DNA of 64,000 nucleotides from Chrysomallon squamiferum (Eukaryota; Animalia; Mollusca). The DNA is taken from assembly GCA_012295275.1 (NCBI GenBank), contig CM022678.1, positions 18,414,001-18,478,000 of the forward strand, in the 5' to 3' direction. This document shows, piece after piece, positions 47,819 through 62,898 of the stretch. A model generated the notes under the pieces. That model was given only the letters and a program-made list of their open reading frames with translations, was not told where the DNA came from and made no database searches. The position numbers and the translations under genes are program-made. Within the stretch, counting starts at the first letter, position 1. Each line of letters starts with the position of its first letter.

Positions 47819-48330
47819 TGCGGAACAAAATAAATTATACACAAATGATTAGATACAAACACGCATACACCCACATACATACATACATACATACATACAT
47901 ACATACATAGATACACACATATATGCATGCATAAATTATAAAGAAAAACAAACATGATAATCCCTGAAAGAAATAACATTTGATTAAAGCATCAAGATGT
48001 TTACCATAATTGTATGAAGAAAATTCTAGAAACTAAATTAAAACACACAACAAAGCAGCAGCAACAACAACGACGATGACAACAACAACAACAACAACAA
48101 TAATAACAATAATAATAATAAAAACAATAATAAAAAACAACAACAATAATAACAGCAATACTACTACGACACATATAACTACTACTACTACTAATAATAA
48201 TAACAAGAACAAAGAAAACAACAGCAGTATTAGCTGGATAGTCAACAATTAGGCTTATTTGTTATTACAAAATTACGACATGCTAACAAACAAACAAACA
48301 GAAAAAAACAACAACAAATAAATACGTTAA

Positions 48331-48393
<63 letters not shown>

Positions 48394-49375
48394 AACTGAA
48401 GCTAAAAGGTGAATAATAATTAAAACTGAAATCTTATGGCGTCAATCAATCGTTTACTTTCATACCACATACTCACTGACAATGAAAAAAAGCTGAAAAA
48501 AAAAATAAAAAATAAAAACAACAACCCAGAACCAAGAAAAGAAAAGAAGAAAAAAAGAGAAACATACTGTTAATCAATACTAAAGTAAAAGATGATCTCA
48601 TGGGCTCAGTATCATATTCCAATGAACCCGTCAGAGTCTATCAATAATGAAAGCGAAAGTAGAAAGAGAAAGGAATACTACTGTAATGACGATACGCTTC
48701 ATTGAACATCGTTTTAAATAATGCACAAATGCTAGGAAATCTCAACAACAGAAGATCGTTCATTCTCCGCACAGTCGTAGCTGTGGTTTAGAAAAGAACA
48801 CGTGGTTGCTCTCGTTACTATCATACAACGACGTGTTTCTTCGTGATAATTCTGTTGATGCTGTTGTCGTCGCTACAGCTGCTTTTTACGATTGTGATTG
48901 TGTCAAGAGATTAATTCTTTTTCATGAATGCCTGGAATGAAAATAACAGTCAATATACTGATGATAATATAGCTATTACTTCTATTACTATTGTTACTTC
49001 TATTACAACTGATGCTACTATTACTACTACTACTACTACTACTACTACTTTTACTACTGCTGCTACTACTATTATTACTACCACTACTACTACGACTACT
49101 GCTACTATTATTAGATGATGTAGCTCATAATAGATTCATATCTACCTACCCATTCACAGCAGTATATTTATATATAAACATATATGCGCACATAATTAAT
49201 TTAAATTTGGTTCTAGCAGTTTTGAGGTTTTATCTTTCGACCCATTCACAGTCTGTATATTTTTATCTTAAACATATATGCACATAATTCTCTTTCTCTC
49301 TTCTCTTTAAATTTGGTCTCTCTCTCTCAGTTTTCGATCAGGTTTTAAAATTGCGATAGAACGTTTCGATGTCAT

Positions 49376-49660
49376 CCATTGCTCTACCAGAATATCTTAC
49401 TACTGTCCTTGTTATGATTCTTATTGCTACTACATTAACAACAGTTACTGCTCTTATCAAGAAACGTATACCAGAGAATAATTAATAATGGTAGATTGTC
49501 AGAAGAGGAAAAAATGATCGAAATTCATTACAGTTTCTTTAGATATACACACATATAATACTGACAGGGAGACGGACACACAAACATTCATAAGCTGGAG
49601 ATGTACACACAGAGAACACCGTATACCAAACAAACATAAATACAAAAAATATATTCACCT
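49376..49660 (+). repeat. Dispersed repeat of about 290 bp, copy 1, followed by (CT)n
   Basis: Highly similar to 57710-58006 in the same orientation. Confidence 0.85.
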
Positions 49661-49674
49661 GCCTTGGAACAAAC

Positions 49675-49793
<119 letters not shown>

Positions 49794-49914
49794 ATCTCTC
49801 TCCGTCTATCTCTCTCCGTCTGTCTCTCTCTCTATCTCTCTCTATCCATGTCTAGGTTAATATATCTCTTTTTCTCTTCCCAAGTTTTATTATTATTATT
49901 ATTACTGTTGCTAT

Positions 49915-49955
<41 letters not shown>

Positions 49956-50649
49956 TTACTACTACACTATTACTACAATTATTACTACTACTGTTAATAT
50001 TATTATTATTGTTGTTATTATTATTATTCAGAATAGTTTGTTTGAAATCTAACATTCGCGATATCAAAACACGTTCTGTTTGTCTATCTGTCTGACAGTC
50101 TGTTTGTGTGTGTGTGTGTGTGTGTTTATATATATATATATATATATACATCTGCATGTTTACATTGTGTGGCGCTGCAATCAGTAGTTTTAATCAGCCG
50201 GTATCAGAAGTTTCAACTATTGCAATGAAATAACTAACAAACTAAATGATTAAATAACAAAATGAAAAGTAAGTAAATAAAAAAAAAAATAAAAAATAAA
50301 AAAATAAAATAAATAAATAAGAAAACAAGTAAATAAATAAATAAATAAATACATAAATAAGAAGATAAACAAATAATTAAACATAAAAGAAGATAAAAAA
50401 ATAAATAAATAAATAGTTAAAAGATAGATAAATAGACAGATAGATAAATAAATAAAAAAAAAAAAAAACTAAAAAATCAACTCCTCTCAACCAGTCACGC
50501 CTACAACACACCCCGACCGTCAGTGCTCTCCACCCAGCCCCAGTGCTCTCAACCACACTCCTCTCCAGACAGATACGCACCCACAAACCCACCCACCCCT
50601 CCCAGCGACTAACCCAGCTCCTTCCCTAGCATTCCTGCCATTAAAAACC

Positions 50650-50758
50650 TGCCTCGCTAGATTTTCGCGCCGTTGTGAAAGACGTCGAGTCTAACGTATT
50701 ATTATTATTATTATTATTAGCGCCGGTTAAATCGGCCAAGAAGCGAGACAGCTCAGCC

Positions 50759-50807
<49 letters not shown>

Positions 50808-51154
50808 GCTGGTATTACTTGTGTGTGTGTTTTTGTCGAGGCGCTAAATAAACCGCCGTCCCTTGCCTGCTTCGCCTTACCTACCTACGGCTATCACTAA
50901 CCGAGGTAAACAAACACCTGTATCCACGCACCAGGTGAGTGGTTAATACACACAGGTAGATACACACACACATAGACACGAGGGATCGCTAACCAAGACG
51001 ACGTAGACTTTACTGGTGTTGTGTGTGTGTGTGTAGTATTCCTTGGTACCCTATCCCCCCCAAAAAAAAAAAAAGAAAAAAGTTTCTTCAGTTGTTTTAT
51101 AATCCCGTGGAAATTCGTCGATTCTTGTGACAGAAATTAGCAGCAATGGTAAGT
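50650..51154 (+). promoter_or_regulatory. CpG-rich putative promoter and first exon(s) of an unidentified plus-strand gene
   Basis: Local CpG enrichment. E2F-like TTTTCGCGC at about 50662. Donor-like CAG|GTGAGT at 50934 and GCAGCAATG|GTAAGT at 51146-51154. No downstream coding exon recognised. Confidence 0.4.
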
Positions 51155-51596
51155 AGATTTTATTTATTTTTTTTTTTTTTTTTAGATTTCTTTTAAAATC
51201 TTTTTATTTTTTTTTTTTTTTGTTTGTTCAGTAGTTTTGATAAGATTGCAGTCGTAACTTGGGATTAACTCCCAGCACAGCTTGCCTTTCAGAGGTATTT
51301 GGATTATCGTATTGGTTTATCTGATAATCCTATAATCGTAAAGTCAGAAAAAAGAAAGACCTTCGACTTTCCTGTTTTTAATTTTTGTCGTTCTTCCTTT
51401 CTTCCTTCCTTCCTCCATTCCTGCCTTCCTGCCTCCTTTCTTTAAACATTTATTGTAAGTTGATCGACAATTAAAATTATATAGGAGGTTTTTTTTAAAA
51501 ATCTAAAATATCTGTATTTATAAAGAATAATAAAAACGACGACAACAACAACAACGCAGAGTAATAAATAATAATAATAATAATGAATAATGACGT

Positions 51597-51642
<46 letters not shown>

Positions 51643-51944
51643 GAATAACAACAACAACAGCAACAACTGTAATAATAAAAACAAAAACAAATGATTCATT
51701 ATTACGTAATAATAATTAAACACAATGAAAATAAATGCAAAGAAGGACAAGATATTAATTTATAAATAATAAAAAAAAAAAAAAAACACTTTTAATGTGC
51801 AGACTTCAATAACTGTGTGAGTTTATTAACTCATATGAATAAAAAAAAAAGTAAAAAAAAAAAAGCACAGATTTACAAAGGAAAAATCATTCACGATTTT
51901 TGGTCATTAGCTGAATCAGTTATTGGAAATCGATAGACTGATTC

Positions 51945-52080
51945 CCCGGCAAGTCTTAGCGCAGCGTATCTCGCCGACTGGTCGAGCGTTAACGCGGATC
52001 ACACTTCAGTGTTCTGTCTACGCTACCAACATGGCGTCTCCACTTCCGTTGTTATAGACGCTAATGGCGCTTTGCCAAAA
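51945..52080. promoter_or_regulatory. CpG-rich patch with YY1-like and ETS-like motifs
   Basis: AACATGGCG (about 52028) directly followed by CACTTCCG; many CpGs. Confidence 0.35.
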
Positions 52081-52366
52081 AGGTTTCGTTTACCACTTTT
52101 ATATTACCGCTTGTAAATTTCATTACTTTTTTTTTTTTTTCTCTTTCTTTGATTCTTTCTTTTTTTTTTTTAATGTTTTTTGTTTTGTTTTCGTTTCTTT
52201 TTCCTTTTCATTCTTGTATTAGTATTTTATTTATTTATTTTTTCCTGGTGTTCCATTCAGTTATATTATTTACATGTAAATTATATTTATTTATGATTAT
52301 TATTTTTTTAAATGTGAAATGTTGTCTTATATATATATGTATATGACCAAATTAATAGGTGGTGAT

Positions 52367-52415
<49 letters not shown>

Positions 52416-52669
52416 ATATACACATACATATACATATATATATAAAGAAAAAAGTAAGAACAATAAATTATCGTCAAATTTAATTTTGTCACATTATCTG
52501 CTAGTTTTTTTTAAGGCGTATCTGAAATCTGTTTTTAATATATTGTGAAAGACGGGAAATTTATTTCATATTCTTTTCCTGTGTATCCAGCAGATTTGTG
52601 TACTTAATGAATTGATGTTGATGTTTCTTTTGTTATTATTATTATAACAACAATAACAACAACAATTAC

Positions 52670-53250
52670 TACAACAAGTAGTAGTATTGCTACCACTACA
52701 ACTACTACTACTACTACTACTACTGGTACTGTTATTACTTCTACTACTATCACTACTGTAGTTGCTGCTAGTGCTACTACTACTACTACTGTGGCTACAA
52801 CTGCTGCTGCTGCTTTTACTGGTACTACTGCTACTACTATTACTGCTACTACAACTGCTTCTCCTACTACTATTACTATTACTACTTCTATTACTCCTAC
52901 CATTACCACTACTACTACTACTACTGCTACAACTACTGCTGCTGCCACAAACTACTGCTACTACTTCTACTGCTGCTGTTACTGTAACTGCTGATGCTAC
53001 TACTACTCCTACTACTACTACTACTACTACTGCTACCACTCCTACTACTCCTACTACTACTACTACTGCTACTACTACTACTACTACTGCTACTACTCCT
53101 ACTACTCCTACTACTCCTACTACTACTACTACTCCTACTACTCCTACTATTACTACTACTACTACTGCTACTACTGCTACTACTCCTACTACTCCTACTA
53201 CTACTACTACTCCTACTACAACTACTGCTACTACTACTGCTACTACTCCT
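52670..53250. repeat. Degenerate (ACT)n trinucleotide tract
   Basis: ACT/GCT/CCT triplets; source of the Thr-, Val- and Leu-rich pseudo-ORFs. Confidence 0.9.
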
Positions 53251-54448
53251 ATCGTTACAGCCAACAACAAAACATTTCTAAACAAAATCACTTTCACTCC
53301 CTTACTCAACTCCGACCCCCCACCCCCCACCCACCTGGTTCCGGACCTGTGTTTTCACTGTAATACGGTTACGAGTCAGGGAAATCTCCTTTGGGCAAGT
53401 TACACTGAAAATACCCAGCTCGATTTAACGTTGATTTTTTTTTTTCAGTTTTAAGAAGATTAACAGCTGAATACATCGTTCATGACAATAACAACGGTTT
53501 TTATTACCACGAACTAAAGATTAAGGGACTAAAACGTGAAATAATATACTTCGCGTTAATAACGGTTTGCGCGTGCGCAGTTAAAGAACACCGAGAATCG
53601 AGCAGACGACAAATTACACGCGACGTAACATAGCACGTGCTGGCTTATTGACCCCCCCAAAAATCTGGTTTATACATCCCATTCTGCTTGATGTATACGT
53701 AATTGTTATTCACGTTCATTGCGCAAAGTCAGATAATGAAATACTGTTAAAGATCGGCTTAGTTTACTGATTCGAAATGACGTTTTGAACACGAATGAGC
53801 TTTGTGTTTATCCTAATCCAAAGAGCGTTATCTAACGTGTCTTATATAACCGTTTTATGTATTACATGTCATTCTGTTGAGATTAGGCGTTATTATTATT
53901 ATTATTAAGATTTAGTTATATTGCAGGTAAACGCTTTTTTTTTGTCTCTCTCGTTTTCTCTCCGCTTGTCTCTTCGTCTTGTCTCTCTCTCTGAATCTTT
54001 CTGTCTGTCTCTCTCTCTGTCTGTCTCTATGTCTATCTCTCTGTCTGTCTCTCTATCTGTGCTTTTTAAATCGACCATAGCTATCACTGTTGTCTCTGCC
54101 ACTGATACTATCTCTGCTGCTACTTTATAATAAAAGCTGTTAAGAAAAATATAAAAATCTTTATAACCCCTTCACGGTTCACTGCACGATGCACATGAAA
54201 ACACGAGGCCACCGTATTAGTTTCAAGATTTCGGTAGAGGTGTCACGTGACACATCAGTATGTTTTGTGGAGATGATCAGGCGACGGGCAGTGGTTTGTC
54301 ACATTAACACGATCTGTCGTTTCTGATTGTTGTGATAACAATGTGTCTATGAATATTACTGGTCAATGAATTCTGCGTCAAGCTGACTCTCAACTGTGTC
54401 CTGTTAATTAAGTGATCAGACCTTGAAAAAACACTTTACGTGTACACC

Positions 54449-54493
<45 letters not shown>

Positions 54494-55199
54494 TTTATAC
54501 ACATACACACATACACTTCTACAATAATTTCTGCTACCGCTGTCACCACATTTACTGCTGATATTACTATTTGTACTACAGCTGCTACCACTATCACTAT
54601 CACTATTACTAGTATTACTTTACTATTGCTACTAGTGCAATTTCTACTATTACTAACATCATCACCACCATCGTTACGACTGCTACTACTGCTAAAACAA
54701 CTTCTACAAGTACTACTATTAATATTACTACTATTACTACTCCTACTGCTACTACTACGACTATTATTACTGCTACCATAATCGTACTACTGTTACTATT
54801 CTGTGTTTGTTTAATTATTAATATTATATTCTTAAGAATTCTGTTTCACGGTATTAGCCATAAACGATCTCCTATATACTCTTTCCAACAGTTAAGAAAG
54901 CAGAAAAAAAAAAAAATAATAACAATAAAAAAAAAAAAAAAAAATAAAAAAATAAATAAATGAAACAAAAAAAATAAAAAAAAAAAAATAAAAATATAAA
55001 AAATAATAAAAAAAAAAAAAAAAATAAAAAAAAAAAAAAAAAAAATAAATAAAAAAAAAAATAAAAAAAAAATAAATAAATAAAAAAATAAAAAAAAATA
55101 ATTAAAATAAAAAGAAAAATAAAAGAAAAAGCCATGTAATAATTAGTAACAAACGCTCGGGAGGGAAAAAAAAAAAAAAAAAATAAAAAGCACATTGTT

Positions 55200-55360
55200 G
55201 TTAGCGGGGATCGATCTTGCGACGCGCCAAAGCAAGGACGAGTTGATAGCGCGAGCTACGTGACGTGTGTGTACGTACTGGAAGAGGCGGTCGCGTGCAG
55301 GAAGCTCGTTATTTCCCCACCCGGGGGAGATCACGGCGGCATGGAAACATGGCGTCTAAT
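55200..55360. promoter_or_regulatory. CpG island-like patch (enhancer or alternative promoter candidate)
   Basis: GC/CpG-rich. Contains CGCGCCAAA (E2F-like), TACGTGACGT (bZIP-like) and AAACATGGCG (YY1-like). Lies just after a poly-A-rich tract. Confidence 0.4.
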
Positions 55361-55669
55361 GTATGATTAAAATTTAATCAGAGTGAACAAGTGAAGTATT
55401 AAAAGTCGACGTCAGTAATTCAGTAATAAACCTGCTCGGAGTGCGAGAAGGGAGAGCCTTTTATATATATCAAGCTTTTATATATATATTAAGCTTTTAT
55501 ATATATATATAATTAATAATCAGGTAATATGTGTATTAAATGATTTTTTTCGGCCAATATGTATATTATCTGAACAAAATCAGGTAATATACATATTATG
55601 CAGATTAACTGTAACATATACACACACACACAAACACACACAGATACTCATTATACACGAAAGGAAACG

Positions 55670-55791
<122 letters not shown>

Positions 55792-56303
55792 TATAAATAG
55801 ATAGATATATAGATGATGATAATATGCTTGATTTTTGGTCTGTCTGTCTCTCTATCTCTTTTTCACTCTCTCCGGTTTTGCTTTACATCTATTACAGTCC
55901 ACAAAAATAAATAAAAATAAAAATAAATATAACAGTATGCCTGGATTTCTATAAAAAAAAAAACCTTAATGTATTATTGATTTTATTTTAGTGAATGTAT
56001 GACATATTTGCGACATAATTATTGCTGTTGTCTTACCAAGACTGTGACTTCACTTTGTAAATCTTCTTCAGTCTTTGAAAACAAAACGTTTTCTGATTCA
56101 TTATATTTCTTCATGCAGTTTCACTGTTGGCTAGATACCCGTGTATACTGATCAGTAAGATATCTATTGTTTGTTGACTGAGATCAATATTTTATGTCAT
56201 AGTCAAGGCTGACTTAAGAAAGGAAAACAAAAAAAGCTTTTGTGACGTTTTTACTGATGTCGTCATTCGTTGTTATTGTCATCGTCTTCGTCTTCCTCTC
56301 CTC

Positions 56304-56508
<205 letters not shown>

Positions 56509-56592
56509 TCATATATATTATATTTTGTTGTTGTCGTTGTTGTTGCTGCTGCTCGTGCTGCTGTTTATTTTGCTTTTCCTAATGATGACTAT

Positions 56593-56624
<32 letters not shown>

Positions 56625-57431
56625 AAGAAAGAGAGAGAGAAAGAAAGAAAGAGAGAGAGAAAGAAAGAGAGAGATAAAGTTATAAACAGAGGAAAAAAGA
56701 AAAATGTCTTCTTCTGCTTCTTCTTCTTCGTTTTCTTCTTATCATTACTTTATTAATTCTTGTTAATACATTATATACATAAATTATAACCTTCTTAAAA
56801 AAGTATGAACAGGTATTTGTCAAAAACTGATCAGTGTGTCAGACAGTTATATATCTTTACAACCGCCACTTTAACTCAAAACTGCACCCAGTCAGCACGA
56901 GTAATCAGAACACAGTAATTCATTCTTAATCCACTGAAAACAAAGACAAAGCCAAAAAAAAAAAAAAAAACAGTAACAAAGAAACTAAAACAACCTTTGA
57001 AAAGTCGCCGTGAGCATTCGCGTATATTCCATTATACGCCCTTTTATATATATTATATCTTATTTATTTTCCATCATTTCATAATTATGCAATTTTACGG
57101 TCCTTTGTTGTTCTTCGCTGTGGTTACTGTACACAAATAACAACCGGAGTAGCAGTCTATTCAGTGGACTGTTTACATGTGACTGATTTGGCACTAAGCG
57201 TAGCAAACAAACGTTGCAGGTCTAGTGGTGCGGTCTAGGAAACCCATTCATCGACGATAAACGCCCCGTGTGAACTGGGAGTCAGTTGTTCATGTTTTGT
57301 TGTTTGTTAAGTACTAATATACTGTCAGAATGTGCACGTGAATGATATTAATAATGAAAATAGTATTAATAATAACAACAATAGACCCTTTTTAACTATT
57401 ATTATTATTATTGTTGCTATTGTTGTTGTTG

Positions 57432-57476
<45 letters not shown>

Positions 57477-57537
57477 ATTACTATCATTATATTATTATTA
57501 TTATTATTATTATTATTGTTAATGATTATTATCAATA

Positions 57538-57582
<45 letters not shown>

Positions 57583-57709
57583 AAGGTTAACGGGACAGTA
57601 CAATGAAAGATATTTGCCCAGTGTTTGCTTTTTATCTTCTTTCTTGCTTCTTCATCATCATCTTCTCCTTCTGATTCCTCTTTTTGCGATTCCAACGTCA
57701 TCGCAACCA

Positions 57710-58006
57710 CCATTGCTCTATCAGAATATCTACTACTACTGCTACATCTATTATGATTACCACAGTTATTATTGCTACTACATTAACAACAGTTACTGCT
57801 CTTATCAAGAAACATATACCAGAGAATAATTAATAATGGTAGATTTTCAGAAGACGAAAAATGATCGAAATTCATTACAGTTTCTTTAGATATACACAGA
57901 TATGATACTGACAGGGAGACGGACACACAAACATACATAAGCTGGAGATGTACACACAGAGAACACCGTATACCAAACAAACATAAATACAAAAAATATA
58001 TACACC
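57710..58006 (+). repeat. Dispersed repeat of about 290 bp, copy 2, followed by (CT)n
   Basis: Shares CCATTGCTCTA.CAGAATATCT...CATTAACAACAGTTACTGCTCTTATCAAGAAAC...GAGAACACCGTATACCAAACAAACATAAATAC with 49376-49660. Confidence 0.85.
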
Positions 58007-58039
58007 TATTTATGCAACGGAACAAACATATAAGAACAA

Positions 58040-58159
<120 letters not shown>

Positions 58160-58453
58160 GCACACACACAGCAGACACACACAGTAGTATCAAGATGAAA
58201 GGGGCGGAATAATGATGATGAAAAAAATCTGTTTTTTTTACAAAGATTAATCTTATAAAGCTACCAATAAAGAGATCAAAAGAAGCGAGAAACCACAAAG
58301 GCACTGAAAGTATAAATGAATGTACTTGATCTTTAAAAGAAAACTTAGAGAATAAAGTAGAATGGAGAATGTCTCTTTTAAGAGAAAATGAAACGAGATA
58401 AAAAATGAGGAGAAAACTACTTTTTGAAGAATGACTAATGAAGATAATAAAGT

Positions 58454-59020
<567 letters not shown>

Positions 59021-61503
59021 GATAACACACACAAATACAGAGAGAATTAAAGCCAGAAAGAGAGAGTTGGAGAGTTATTTTTTAATGTATTAAAAGCTTT
59101 TTGAACGCGAAGGAAGGTAGCCAGTGTTTGGGACGTTACAATGCGCAGTGTTCTTAGCGGGGGTCTCGCTGAAAGGAAAGCACCTCGGTTGTTAACAACA
59201 AACACAGGTTCTGACAAAGCGCGGCGGCTCACAGCTGAGGAATTTATAATTTATTAAATATAGCTGTCTACGTTAATAGCATGTCAGTAAGTAATATATA
59301 CGTATGTATCTTAGCGGTGGAATTACTGCCATCGAGGTGAAGAATATTTAAATAAGTCATGATACGTTTTGATATGTGTCGTAAAAGATAATAATAAAAA
59401 CGTCGTTTTTTTTTTTTTTCCCCTTTTTTAAAAAAATAAGCTTTGTGAAATAATGTTTACTTAAAAGTGCAAACTCTAGCGTGTTGAATAATTTACTCGT
59501 TGTGGTAGGCTCGTTGAATGAAAAACTAAAATGATCTGGTTTTTTTTGTTTTGTTAAGAAACTCGTTATTTGAACAAAGAATAAGGTTCACAGGTTATCA
59601 GGCTTATTGCAGGTATAATTGTTATCATTTATTTATTATTGTTTTTGTTCTTCTTGTTCTGATTCTTCTTGTTCTTATTCTTGTTTTGTTCTTCTTTGCT
59701 GTTCTTTTTCTTATTATTTTTGCTATTCCTGTTTTTGATGTTCGTGTTCTTTCTTCGTCTTCTTCATCATATTCTTTTTCTTCTTCTTCTTATTATATAT
59801 AGTATTACAAGTATTACAACTGCTTCAATAAGTGTTGTTATTACAGCTATTGTTGCTATTGTTGTAGTAGTGGTTGTTGTTGTTGTTGGTAGCGGTAGTG
59901 GTGGTTCTGCTCTGGTTGTTGCTGCTGTCTATTTTAAAAAAAAAAATTCAATTCTAAATTATCTTCTTTCTTCTTTTTAATTTACGCCGCTCATTGAAAA
60001 TAATCCACGCTTCGGCGATCTCTGCCTACTTTACAAAATTAGACGTAATTATTTATTAAAATAGATCTCACCACCGTACCTATTTTACACCTAAATAGCC
60101 GGCCATGGAGACAAGAACACATATCTCTAATCATAAAGGGACGTACGGTTTAGTTTATTGTTTTTATTTGTTTTGATATAATCTGTCAGATATAACGTTT
60201 TGTGAAACCAGCATGAATGAACGAGGATATGAATATAATAAAAACTAGATGAAGACGTTTCAAATTACCTGTTCTTTAATTATGATGTTAATGTATTTCG
60301 TTAATACGGTGTAATAAGAGGAATATGTTTTGATTATATACGTCTGTAAACACGACACTAATTTAAGGATATGCAAACATTTCTAAGAATGCATGAAGTA
60401 TACGTTTCGAATGACTGAAATTGGAAAATACTTTTACAAAATTTTAAATGGATACGACATAATTAGATGAATTTATTTTTACCTAAATAAGCTAGTAAAT
60501 GTTATTCGTGTTGTTTATATAAATACGATGACATGGGATTGATACCTTTCGCATTAATTACGAAAATACGATAGAATTGGAAAAATACTGTTCTTATTCT
60601 TGTTGTTTTTTTTAATAGATACCACATAGATGGATTAATACATTTTATATTACGTACAAAAATATAATCTAAACATAAAAATACGGTTTCTGTTGCGTTC
60701 AACAGAAATGAAAAATCGAATAGATAAATGCGATATAACTTATTCGATACTTTATTGTTTTTGTTTTACATATTGCGTACACACAAACACACACATACAT
60801 ACACATACGCACATCTATATATATATATATATATATGAATTGGGAAGGGGTGTTTGCATTAATAAAATATATTTGAATTAAAACGTTTCGTAATACGTAT
60901 ACGAATACGTAATTATTCAATACGTAAATACGATGCAATTTAAAATTACGCTTCGCATTTCGTATAATTATTAATACGAGACGAATGAGCGAATACTTTT
61001 TGGTATTTCGTGTGTAAATAAGATAAAACTGGCGGAATGTTGTTTGAATACTTTGATACGACCTGTGACGAAAAAAGCATGCGTCGAATCGTGTACCTTA
61101 ATACGATCTGACTTCGTTTTGCTGTGTCATATAATGAATACGATAATGAACGGTTTTAAGGTTCTACTAGATTAATGTGTCTTACGGCAAGTCATGGAAA
61201 GATATTAAAAGCTATACAGGATCAGTTTGTATAGACTTGAACAGCGTACATTCAAAGAGATATTTGTTACTAAAGAACTGAATAAAGTTTACATTAAATT
61301 TTCATGCAGAGGAGGTATCCAGATTGTTCAAATGAAACATTCAAGCTAAACAGACGACTAGCGAATGAAAGAAAGTAGAAATGAATGAATGAATGAATGA
61401 ATGAATGAATGAATGAATGAATTAGAAATAAAAACTAATTTAGAAATATATTTCCAATATTAAAAAAAAGGACAAATATTTGTGTGTGTGTGTGTGTGTG
61501 ACA

Positions 61504-61638
<135 letters not shown>

Positions 61639-62803
61639 TGTGTACGTATGCATTTATGTATCAATACGGACATATATAATTATGGGTGTTTGTACGGACC
61701 TACGTAGATAAGCATGTATCTATGTTTATATGTGTGTGTTTGTGTTTTAATATGTACGTGTGTGTGTATATTGGTTATATGTGTACATATAGCTATATCT
61801 ATAAGACATAAATATCTCTGTATCTATAAACCGTTTCTTTCTCCGTTAACAATTACTACTGTTATCGCTACCATAGCAACCAGTATGAACTGCTCCACCC
61901 AAAACAACAGCCGCCTGGCTAACACTCCACCAACAAGCCACGCCTTGTTCTCCCCACCCATGACTGTCACTGTAAACATAAGTAATTATTAAAATATATT
62001 ACATATCTGAAGTATTGCATGGGTACCTAAGTTATCTTATTAACTTCGTAAGTATATATATACAATTAAACATTTATACGATAACAGTGGAGAGAAAAAA
62101 AAAATAGAGTCGCAAAGAATAAATAAATATTCTTGTCATGTTAGATATAAATAAAAAAAATTGCCTACGCTAAGATCAGGGCTATGAATCAAAGTACTCT
62201 GAGCAGGGGCTTGTAAATCTGATACTCAACAAACTCGATGTTCCCACACAGCAAACAAAAATAACGACGACGAGTTCGCGTTACCGTGAACCGCTTGAAA
62301 TCGTGACAAGGAAATCTTCTTGACCCTAACGGCGTCGAATGACCCCGAGTCGTTATCTTAAAGCAGACGTCGAGCTGTGCATGTCATTACGTAGTAAATA
62401 TGATACACACCTACCCTTTGTTTTGTTTTGTTTCGTTAGATATGCAGTTGTCTGTGTATGTGTGGACATATCTACATGTACATATCTTTTATTTTTATCA
62501 GTTTAATGTATGCATGAAGATATACATACGAATATCTATTTATCTAACTGCCTTTATATGTGTATTTAAAATATGTACTGTATATGAAATATATATATAT
62601 ATATATATATATTACGAAATTACTTTCAAGCAATCGACATGACATTAATAATTTATAGCTTACCTGTACAGGTGTGTTATTGCCTGTATCTTATAGGTAT
62701 AATCTTCTTTATTAATTTAGGGTTATGATTATTAAAAGATCAAAGGTACTTTGTGCAGAATATATTATTATTATTATTATTATTATTATTAGTTCAAGGT
62801 GAT

Positions 62804-62839
<36 letters not shown>

Positions 62840-62856
62840 TATATATATATATATAT

Positions 62857-62898
<42 letters not shown>

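Noticed and set aside
52566-53454. Mucin-like Thr/Pro ORF (230 aa) and antisense Val/Ser ORF (254 aa)
   Set aside because: Degenerate (ACT)n tract open in several frames on both strands; no signal peptide or convincing splice context.
55195-55260. tRNA gene suggested by GATCGATCCCCGC on the minus strand
   Set aside because: T-stem does not pair fully and no cloverleaf can be built.
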